Assembly: GCA_001829495.1 (NCBI GenBank)
Contig: MIBJ01000057.1
Coordinates: 15,453 to 79,452, forward strand
DNA from: Spirochaetes bacterium RBG_16_49_21
GTDB lineage: Bacteria > Spirochaetota > UBA4802 > UBA5550
Length of the DNA stretch: 64,000 nucleotides
Direction: 5' to 3'
Within the stretch, counting starts at the first letter, position 1. Every line of letters begins with the position of its first letter. A program made the position numbers and the translations under genes. The notes under the pieces were generated by a model that saw only the letters and a program-made list of their open reading frames with translations, ran no database searches and had not been told where the DNA came from. Shown here in pieces: positions 43,544-54,929 of the stretch.

Positions 43544-43561
43544 TCACTGAACCGTCCCCAT
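43526..43561. repeat. 36-bp perfect palindrome spanning the atpF stop codon
   Basis: ATGGGGACGGTTCAGTGA|TCACTGAACCGTCCCCAT. The arms GGGGACGGT/ACCGTCCCC resemble the family-3 arms GGGAACGGT/ACCGTTCCC. Confidence 0.75.
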
Positions 43562-43586
43562 TTAATCGAGGAAAAAGGGTAGTATC

Positions 43587-45663
<2,077 letters not shown>

Positions 45664-45681
45664 GAGGTAAGGTATTAGACC

Positions 45682-46563
45682 GTGGCTACTCAGAGGGATA
45701 TTAAAAAAAGAATAAGGTCCGTAACCAACACCCGGAAGATAACCTCAACCATGGAGATGGTTGCAACCGCGAAGATGAAGAAGATGCACCAGCGCGTCGA
45801 AATGGCTAAACCGTATGACCAGAAGGTTAATGAAATACTGGTAAATCTGTTCAACACGGGAGTCACGGTGCTGGATGATCCGCATTTCCGCGAGGTCGAT
45901 AATCCATCCCGGATATTGATTTTCCAGATAACCGGGAACCGCGGTTTATGCGGCAGCTATAATACCAATGTCATTGAAAATACCCTCTCCTTCAAGGATA
46001 AGCTTGCCGACGAGAACAAGGAGACGCTCTTGTATGTCGTTGGCAAGAAGGCGATCGGATTCTATAATTTCATGAAAACGCCGATGTACAAATCAATGCT
46101 GAATCCGGAAGACAAGCTGACTTTTGAAGATGCCGTTAACATCGGCAATGAGCTGAGAAATCTGTTCATCAGCGGCGAAGTCCATGAGGTGTACCTGTCA
46201 TACACCCGGGTGATTTCATCGTCTTCGCAGAAGCCGGCCGTAATTAAGCTGCTCCCCATCCTTATCGAGGAGGAGGAGATCAAGGATCTTTATTCCGGAT
46301 CGCACCTGGAGTACTACTTTGAGCCGAACCCGGTTCAGATATTTTCTTATATCATACCGATGTACCTGAAGATGCGGCTCTACACCTGTTTCCTCGAATC
46401 GTCCTTTTCGGAGCAGTTCGCACGAAGGGTGGCGATGAAAAATGCGAGCGATGCATCGGCTGAGATGATCAGGGACTTGACTATATCATACAACAGGGCA
46501 CGGCAGGCCAAGATCACCAAGGAGATCGCGGAGATTGTCGGAGGAGCAGCCGCTTTGAAATAA
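45682..46563 (+). CDS. atpG: F0F1 ATP synthase subunit gamma
   Basis: IKKRIRSVTNTRKITSTMEMVA... and C-terminal ITKEIAEIVGGAAAL. GTG start. Confidence 0.9.
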   Translation: MATQRDIKKRIRSVTNTRKITSTMEMVATAKMKKMHQRVEMAKPYDQKVNEILVNLFNTGVTVLDDPHFREVDNPSRILIFQITGNRGLCGSYNTNVIENTLSFKDKLADENKETLLYVVGKKAIGFYNFMKTPMYKSMLNPEDKLTFEDAVNIGNELRNLFISGEVHEVYLSYTRVISSSSQKPAVIKLLPILIEEEEIKDLYSGSHLEYYFEPNPVQIFSYIIPMYLKMRLYTCFLESSFSEQFARRVAMKNASDASAEMIRDLTISYNRARQAKITKEIAEIVGGAAALK

Positions 46564-46587
46564 GGTCGCACCGTTGATGATCGATAA

Positions 46588-48015
<1,428 letters not shown>

Positions 48016-48017
48016 TA

Positions 48018-48422
48018 ATGAAAAAAATCGCGTGTACCATACTGACCCCGGAGCGCAATCTTTTTGATGGGGAAATAGCGTTTGCCGTCGTCGACGCACA
48101 TAACGGCGAAATGGGCTTCCTCGTGGATCATGCTCCGTTGATTTCCGAGCTTGGAGTCGGCGAGGTGCGCTTAAGCGACGGTAAGTCCACCGAATATTTT
48201 GTGGTTGAAGGCGGCATCGTCGAAATACGGACCAACAAGATGATCATCCTTGCTGAAAAGGCTTCAAAGAAGGAGGAGCTTGATAAAAGGGAGCTTGAGA
48301 TACAGTTACATGAGCTGCTGGAGTTGAAGGAGAAAGAATATAAGGCTTTTTCACTTGAATGGATGCAGCTGGTGGATCAGGAACACAGGCTCAAAGCACG
48401 AATCAAGGTTGCCGGCAGATAG
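48018..48422 (+). CDS. atpC: F0F1 ATP synthase subunit epsilon
   Basis: 134 aa, beta-sandwich plus helical hairpin pattern, last gene of the operon. Confidence 0.88.
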   Translation: MKKIACTILTPERNLFDGEIAFAVVDAHNGEMGFLVDHAPLISELGVGEVRLSDGKSTEYFVVEGGIVEIRTNKMIILAEKASKKEELDKRELEIQLHELLELKEKEYKAFSLEWMQLVDQEHRLKARIKVAGR

Positions 48423-48446
48423 ATACAATCTTCATGAAATTACCCG

Positions 48447-48474
48447 AAAGGATGGCATTGCACCATCCTTTTTC
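48447..48474 (+). terminator. Intrinsic terminator of the atp operon
   Basis: AAAGGATGG-CATTGCA-CCATCCTTT followed by TTC, 25 nt after the atpC stop. Confidence 0.75.
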
Positions 48475-48486
48475 ATTATCCAAAAC

Positions 48487-48750
48487 GGGGTACAGGGGCG
48501 GAGCCCCTGTAAAAGCCCCCCGCGGGGGCCCCCCTGCGTTTTCTTTTGGGCTGCGGGCGAAGCCCACATACTGGTATAATAATCCTTGATTTATTTTATC
48601 AAATAAACGATATTGTATATAGGGTATAGTATCTAAAGAAAATATTCATTTTTAATATTTATTTTTAGGGGCTGTCTGAAAAGCCCCCCAACCCGCTTTT
48701 TTAGGTCCCTTTCTGGGCGCTGCACTGAGCCCGTCGAAGTGGGATTTAGG
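48487..48750. repeat. Composite block of family-1-type GC modules flanking an AT-rich core
   Basis: Hairpins TACAGGGGC-GGA-GCCCCTGTA and GCCCCC-GC-GGGGGC. AAAAGCCCCCC occurs twice. The right side GGGATTTAGGGGG matches (reverse complement) the CCCCCTAAATCCC module of 5141- and 21881-. Confidence 0.5.
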
Positions 48751-48795
48751 GGGTTATTAAACATCTCGGAATTCTTTACTTAAGAAAAAATTCGT

Positions 48796-50199
48796 ATGCC
48801 GAAAGAAAGCGAACAAGGGATCCCCGGGAACGAGTCCGGCACGATCATCAATATTCCGGAAAACATAAAAAAGGGTCTTCCTACAGGACTCAATATCCAT
48901 GATATCGGAAAAATAGATTTGAGGGAAGCCGAGAGCATCGCCAGCGAAGACATGCCGATTTTTACCGAGGATGATCTGATCGGCACTCTTGAGGATATGG
49001 ATCTCATACTCCGGAAGGGCGGAACAGGGGATGACGCGGATGCGGAACAAAAATCCGAGCCGGTCAAGACCGAAGTAAAAAGAGAGAAGGAGATGAAAGC
49101 CCCGGACGCGGAACCTCAGAAGGAAAAGAGCGTACCGGAGGATGCCGGTGCGGCAGCGGCGCGGACAACCGCAATCGCAGCGGCGGAAGATGGGGAAGAG
49201 CGTAAACCTGAACCGGAGGTGGGTCGGAAGCCGGAACCGCACCCGGCTCAGCCGGAGGAGAATGTCGGATCGCCTGCAAAGATGATGGTTCCGGAAAAGG
49301 ATCAAGAACTGATGCCGGTGACCGATGGCCGGCTTGCCGATCGGCAGGTAACCACGGAGGCTCTTAATGAGTCGGAGCTTGATGCAATAGTAAGCGATAT
49401 CGTTGAGTTTGAAGAGGGCGTGTCGTATGTCATGAAGGAAGCGGACGTTGAACAAGACCGGGAACAGATCGCCGTTCTTCCCGATGGCCTGAAGCCTTCT
49501 TATGAGGAGCTGTTTATCGACACGGCGCGTAAGTACCGGGATGAAGAGCTTGATTATGTACACGCCGCCATAGTCGAGGTCGACTACCGCAGCTATATCA
49601 GGGAGATTGATGAATTTTACGGAATCAAGGGGGTGAAAACGATCTCAAACGCGGTGGAACTGCTCGGTTTGACCGCGGAGGAGTATGACTCGATCGAGGA
49701 CGCGCTGTTTGAAGAGGAACTTAAGCATACGGGCATTTTTGACCGCTATCAGTTATTTGAATTTGGAAAGGCGAAGGGCGGCACGTCGATAGCGGGCCGG
49801 AGATATTGCCGCTATCTTATCCCCAGCGCCGATAGCCTTATGGATCATGAGAGGGCATCCATTGAGAATGATTTATCATCGGAGAGCGCCCTGATATTTG
49901 AAGAGGATGTGGAAGAGATCAGGAGGCAGTTCACGGAGATGGCGGAACGGGATGTCTCCGAGGCTTTCTCTGCCGCTCCGATCATGGATATTACCGACAG
50001 GGTCGTCATTCTTGATGACGAATCCGATGTTGACCGTTTCCTCAAGGAATTTCCTGAAAAAAAACAAGCCGATATAAAGCTCCTGTTAAAATATCTGGAC
50101 GGCCTTTTCGAGAAGCTTCCCGAAGAGGTAATCAAAAAATTTACCGACTCTGAATATTTTGATCTGTATCTGAGAGTATTGAACGAACTGGGTGTATAG
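48796..50199 (+). CDS. Hypothetical acidic protein
   Basis: 467 aa, Glu/Asp-rich, with a low-complexity central PE/KPEP stretch. No domain recognised. Its stop is 2 nt before the next gene. Confidence 0.5.
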   Translation: MPKESEQGIPGNESGTIINIPENIKKGLPTGLNIHDIGKIDLREAESIASEDMPIFTEDDLIGTLEDMDLILRKGGTGDDADAEQKSEPVKTEVKREKEMKAPDAEPQKEKSVPEDAGAAAARTTAIAAAEDGEERKPEPEVGRKPEPHPAQPEENVGSPAKMMVPEKDQELMPVTDGRLADRQVTTEALNESELDAIVSDIVEFEEGVSYVMKEADVEQDREQIAVLPDGLKPSYEELFIDTARKYRDEELDYVHAAIVEVDYRSYIREIDEFYGIKGVKTISNAVELLGLTAEEYDSIEDALFEEELKHTGIFDRYQLFEFGKAKGGTSIAGRRYCRYLIPSADSLMDHERASIENDLSSESALIFEEDVEEIRRQFTEMAERDVSEAFSAAPIMDITDRVVILDDESDVDRFLKEFPEKKQADIKLLLKYLDGLFEKLPEEVIKKFTDSEYFDLYLRVLNELGV

Positions 50200-50201
50200 A
50201 C

Positions 50202-51854
50202 ATGGGTTTACTTGAAAAGGCCCTTAGATATAAGAATAAGATCGTAAGCAACGGCAAAAAGAGCATCATGGACCGGATCGCCTTTGCGCCGAAATCCGAG
50301 AGCCTGGATTCCGGAATTCTTGCCCCCGGTTCCGGACCGGACCCGGCATCATTTTTTAATGACGATATAGTGTATCTTAAAAAAGAAGATCTTGTTGAGG
50401 TGAAGGCTGATGCGGTAAATAATTTCCTTTTCGATTATATGGCCCTGTTTGAGTTGAGCAGGGATATACTCCGGGCGGAATCCGAGACGGAGCTCTTTGA
50501 CGTCCTTTTGTTTTCCATCATGGGACAGATCGGCGTCTCGTCGTCTTCCATCATGACACCCGGGAAGTTTTCCGGCGACCGGTGGGTAATCGCCGAATCG
50601 CGGGGAGTGACCCTGCCTAGAGACGAGCCGGGCTTCCTGCCGACAGCGGGGATCCTTGGACAGGTGATCAGCAGAAAAGAGATAATTGATATCGAGGAGT
50701 TCAAAGACGACGCCCGGTACCTTGATGATTACTATGCCTATATCGCCGTGGACGGTCGAATCCTCGTCCCCGTCATGAACAAAAATGAAGTCATGGCCGT
50801 TATCATCCTGGGAAACAAGCTGACCGCTGAAGACTACACCGCGGAGGAAAAGGATTTTCTCGCTGCGATCGCTGAATTCTCCGCATATTCATACCGGACA
50901 ATACTCCTGAAAGGGGGGGATACCGCCATTCCGGAAAAATCAAAAGAGCCCGGCTTTGATGAAATTCAGGAAAAAATCATGTCATATCCGGACGGCGACT
51001 CCGTGCGGGATATGATACGGGATAAATTCAGGAATATGGGGGTTGAAAGCTTCGCGGTGTTCATCAGGGATGAATTCTCCGGTGAATACGCCCTTTTCGC
51101 CTGCGAAGCAGAAGACCGGCTGCGGCTTGGCAGCGTGCGGTATAGAATCCCGTCCAACGCGTCCCTTATCACGGAGATCGCCAAGACCCGGACCCGCCTC
51201 TCGTATAAAGATCTTGATAAGCCCGGAGTCCTTGCCGGGGCCTTCCCCCGCATTCCTGTTAAGAAGTTTCCGATGCTTTCCATATTTTCTTTTCAGGCGG
51301 CGGGCGAACTGATCGGATTTACGATCGTTTTTTCATTGTCGGACTCCTCTCACGATGAGATTCCGGGAAGCCGGATAGCCCGGTTCTGCAATTTCATATT
51401 TCCGTACATCCATATCGCGCAGAATATCGAATACCGCCGCGGCAATTATGTTGATTCGATAGAGAGGATACTCAGCCGGATGGATGAGGAGATACGATAC
51501 GCAAGCGATTTGAAGATTCCGCTGGCTCTCATTGTCATAATAGTCAAGAATTACAAGCGGTTACTCGGCATCTTCGGCAACGAGAAAGCCAGGGAGATGT
51601 TCCGGCATGTTGAGAGCTTCATAAAAGCGAGGCTGTCCGGCAGAGATTTCTCGGTGCGGTACGATCGGAACAAGATTCTGATCGTTCTGCCCGGGAGAGA
51701 CAAGAGGTACGCGGTGCCGCTTGCCAATACGATAATCAATGAAATGGTCCATGGCTACAGCACGCGGCACGTCCAGCTCCTTATAACATTCATGACTGCG
51801 GAATTTCCCCTTGACGGAAAGGATTCGTACAGCCTTATAGACGCAGTCTCATAA
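50202..51854 (+). CDS. GAF-domain protein with a degenerate GGDEF-like C-terminal domain
   Basis: The C-terminus aligns to the diguanylate-cyclase fold (LALIVIIVKNYKRLLGIFGNEKAREMF...RDFSVRYDRNKILIVLPG), with GG(D/E)EF replaced by DRNKI. The central region is GAF-like. Confidence 0.55.
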   Translation: MGLLEKALRYKNKIVSNGKKSIMDRIAFAPKSESLDSGILAPGSGPDPASFFNDDIVYLKKEDLVEVKADAVNNFLFDYMALFELSRDILRAESETELFDVLLFSIMGQIGVSSSSIMTPGKFSGDRWVIAESRGVTLPRDEPGFLPTAGILGQVISRKEIIDIEEFKDDARYLDDYYAYIAVDGRILVPVMNKNEVMAVIILGNKLTAEDYTAEEKDFLAAIAEFSAYSYRTILLKGGDTAIPEKSKEPGFDEIQEKIMSYPDGDSVRDMIRDKFRNMGVESFAVFIRDEFSGEYALFACEAEDRLRLGSVRYRIPSNASLITEIAKTRTRLSYKDLDKPGVLAGAFPRIPVKKFPMLSIFSFQAAGELIGFTIVFSLSDSSHDEIPGSRIARFCNFIFPYIHIAQNIEYRRGNYVDSIERILSRMDEEIRYASDLKIPLALIVIIVKNYKRLLGIFGNEKAREMFRHVESFIKARLSGRDFSVRYDRNKILIVLPGRDKRYAVPLANTIINEMVHGYSTRHVQLLITFMTAEFPLDGKDSYSLIDAVS

Positions 51855-51893
51855 CGTCGAACAGGCTGACGGTCGGCGGCGGGATTCATCAAA

Positions 51894-53426
51894 ATGGCTC
51901 GTGACAGTGTTAACAAAATCAGCGGCGTCGACGATCCGTATGCGACGTTTTTTGAGCAACTCGATATCGCGGTATACGCCCTGGACTCGGAGAAGAGGTT
52001 CACCTTTATAAGCCCGGTAATCGAGCAGATCATCGGCTATCGGGCCGAGGAGCTTGTGGGCACTCCGCTTCAGGGGTATGTCCGGCCGGAGGATCATGCT
52101 GCAATCGACGCCCTTTTCACAACTGAATTCAGGAAGACCGCCCGATGCGCGGTGGGGATCATCGGGAGGGATTCATCGGTGCTCAGATGCGTGATTCTCC
52201 ATCATCGTTCTATGAAAGAGGGTGCGGAGTCTTCGATAGGAATAATAGGGAGGACGCCCTTTCCGGACGCCGGGGTCGAGGAAAAGTTGAAAATATACGC
52301 CATGGTCGTCGAACAGAGCCCGGCAACGGTCGTTATTACCGACAAGCACGGCACAATCGAGTATGTCAATCCGAAATTCAGCGCCCTCACCGGATATCCC
52401 CAGCATGAAGCGATGGGTGAAAATCCGCGGATATTAAAGTCCGGCGCGCAGCCTCCCGAGTTTTACAAGCTCATGTGGGAAACCATAAGTTCAGGCAGGG
52501 AGTGGAGAGGCGAGTTCCACAATAAGAAAAAGAACGGCGATTCGTATTGGGAATCCGCATCGATATCCCCGATACTCAACCGGCACGGCGATATAACGCA
52601 CTATGTCGCCATCAAGGAGGATATAAGCGAGCGGAAAAAAACGGAAGAGGCGCTGCGCGTCAGCGAGGAACGTCTTAGAAAAAAGAATTATGAAATGGAG
52701 CAGGAGCTTAAATATGCCCAGATTGTGGTCGAACAGATTCTGCCGGTAAAACCGCCGGTTACTGACAATCTCAAGATCGATTTCCGGTATGTTCCTCTCG
52801 ACGCGATAGGCGGCGATTTTTTTTCATTTAATACTTTACATGAACAGGGTCTTGGCGTCTTCATAGGAGACGTCCCGGGACACGGGGTGTCTGCGGCGCT
52901 GTTCCTCAGCCTTATCAGATCGCTGACCGACCGCCTGGATGGAATATCCGGCGGTGATCCCGAGCTTTATATAAAAAAGCTGAACGACGAATTACACCGG
53001 AGTACGGTGATGTTATTCCTCAGCGCGCTGTACGGGTATTTCGATTTTTCCCGGGGAGATATCGTGTTTCGTTTCGCCAAAGGAGGACATCCGCCTCCGG
53101 TGCTGCGCCGCGCCGTCGGCGGAACCACCCGCCTGCTGCATTCCGGCGGTACGCTGGTCGGATTATCCACGACCGCCGAATTCGAGGAGATCCGCACGCC
53201 TATCGCTCCCGGCGATAGGATCTATCTGTATACCGACGGAGTTATCGAGGCCCGCAATTCAAGGAACGTGATGCTTGATCCTGAAGGGCTTAAGGCGATT
53301 GTCGCCGGTAGCGGTGCCTTGACCCTGGGCGAGACCCTCGATCATATTATCGATGAAGTCGGCAGGTTCCGGGATTTTGAACCGATGGAAGATGACCTTG
53401 TTCTCGTCGGGTTTGAAGCGCTCTGA
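51894..53426 (+). CDS. PAS-domain PP2C (SpoIIE/RsbU-type) serine phosphatase
   Basis: Two PAS modules (e.g. ITDKHGTIEYVNPKFSALTGY...YWESASISPI) and PP2C motifs (GGDFFSF, GDVPGHGVSAAL, LYTDGVIEA, DDLVLVG). Confidence 0.8.
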   Translation: MARDSVNKISGVDDPYATFFEQLDIAVYALDSEKRFTFISPVIEQIIGYRAEELVGTPLQGYVRPEDHAAIDALFTTEFRKTARCAVGIIGRDSSVLRCVILHHRSMKEGAESSIGIIGRTPFPDAGVEEKLKIYAMVVEQSPATVVITDKHGTIEYVNPKFSALTGYPQHEAMGENPRILKSGAQPPEFYKLMWETISSGREWRGEFHNKKKNGDSYWESASISPILNRHGDITHYVAIKEDISERKKTEEALRVSEERLRKKNYEMEQELKYAQIVVEQILPVKPPVTDNLKIDFRYVPLDAIGGDFFSFNTLHEQGLGVFIGDVPGHGVSAALFLSLIRSLTDRLDGISGGDPELYIKKLNDELHRSTVMLFLSALYGYFDFSRGDIVFRFAKGGHPPPVLRRAVGGTTRLLHSGGTLVGLSTTAEFEEIRTPIAPGDRIYLYTDGVIEARNSRNVMLDPEGLKAIVAGSGALTLGETLDHIIDEVGRFRDFEPMEDDLVLVGFEAL

Positions 53427-53445
53427 CAAGGAGAGGAGAAGGCTC

Positions 53446-54909
53446 ATGGCCGGACTGCACCTCGATGAAGATCTGTTCATGGTGATCGGCGGTGAAATCG
53501 AACGCGCGGGCATTATCGTTTGCGTGTGCGAACTCGATGGAACAGTGCGTTATGCCAATAACAACATGCTTCATCTGTTGAAGAGTGATGGTCGGTCGGA
53601 TATCCGGTCGGTAACAGGGATATCGGATATCTCGGATATGTTTAACTGCATACTTGAGACCGTTAAAAAAGAAAAAATGATCGTGAACAGGGAATTCCGC
53701 TTTCAGGCGCATTCTTCAGAGATGAGGCAATTGATCGGCACTGCCTGCCTGGCTGAGTTCCAGGGCGTAAGCTGTTGCGTGATAATCATGCACGATTGTA
53801 CGTCGTACGGCCCTGCGCCCGGCGATGACCGGCTTCATGCAATACTGGAAGGACTCGAGGATGGTTATTATGAAACCGATCTCAAGGGCAACATGCTATA
53901 TGTGAACAGGGCTTTCTGTTTGATCGCCGAGTACAGCCATGATGAGGTAATCGGGAAAAATTACCGGGGTTTTTTCAGTCCGGATGATATAGATAAGATC
54001 TATCGGTCGTTCCATGAAGTGTTCATCACCGGAAAACCCGTCAAACTTACCTATTGGATCGCTCTATCTTCAAGGAGCGGCAGGAAGAAGAAGATCGAGG
54101 GCTCCATATCCCTGATATCCGATCATGCAGGAAAAATAACCGGCTTCAGGGGGATCATCAGGGATGTCACCGCAAAGGATAAATTCGAGAAGGAGCTTAT
54201 CCGCGCGCGCAAGCTTGAGGCGATCGGCATCCTGTCCGGCGGAATCGCTCATGATTACAACAACGCGCTGACCGCAATACTGGGGAATATCTCCCTAGCC
54301 AAAAACGAAGCGGATCCCGGAAACAGCAATTTAATGGATATCCTGGATGACGCCGAGGCGGCTTCCTTGAAGGCCGTTGAGCTGACGAAGAGACTCAGCA
54401 TCTTCGCCCGGGGAGGGAAGCCCGAGCGGAAAGTAATTGAATACGCCGATTCCCTCAGGAGCGTTGTCGGTTCGGTGCTGTTCGGATATCCCGGAGCCTA
54501 CGAGCTGGACATCCAGCCCGGACTGTGGAGGGTTGACGTCGATGAATTTCAGATCGGCCAGGTCATCATCTATATGCTGAATAACGCGGTCGAATCGATG
54601 CCGGAGCCGGGTGCGCTTACTGTTTCAGCGGAAAACATCGTGGTGGAGCAGGAGGAGTCGCATCATGAGCTGACCCTGCAGCCGGGCAGGTATGTGAGGA
54701 TAGCCATTCGCGACGAGGGCGTGGGTATAAATCCCGATGACATCCAAAGTATTTTTGACCCGTACTTCACGACAAAAGAGATGGCAAGCGGGATGGGCCT
54801 GGCAACGAGCTATGCGATCATCAAGAGACATCACGGCTCTATTGACGTCAAATCCACGCCCGGGGAAGGGGCGACTTTTTATATCTATCTGCCCGTGGCT
54901 GATTCGTAG
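53446..54909 (+). CDS. PAS-domain sensor histidine kinase (no receiver domain)
   Basis: H-box GGIAHDYNNALTAILG, N-box MLNNAVESM, G-boxes DEGVGI / GMGLA. Start at MAGLHL after AAGGAGAGGAG. Confidence 0.8.
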   Translation: MAGLHLDEDLFMVIGGEIERAGIIVCVCELDGTVRYANNNMLHLLKSDGRSDIRSVTGISDISDMFNCILETVKKEKMIVNREFRFQAHSSEMRQLIGTACLAEFQGVSCCVIIMHDCTSYGPAPGDDRLHAILEGLEDGYYETDLKGNMLYVNRAFCLIAEYSHDEVIGKNYRGFFSPDDIDKIYRSFHEVFITGKPVKLTYWIALSSRSGRKKKIEGSISLISDHAGKITGFRGIIRDVTAKDKFEKELIRARKLEAIGILSGGIAHDYNNALTAILGNISLAKNEADPGNSNLMDILDDAEAASLKAVELTKRLSIFARGGKPERKVIEYADSLRSVVGSVLFGYPGAYELDIQPGLWRVDVDEFQIGQVIIYMLNNAVESMPEPGALTVSAENIVVEQEESHHELTLQPGRYVRIAIRDEGVGINPDDIQSIFDPYFTTKEMASGMGLATSYAIIKRHHGSIDVKSTPGEGATFYIYLPVADS

Positions 54910-54929
54910 ATTATGAGAACGAGGTAATA

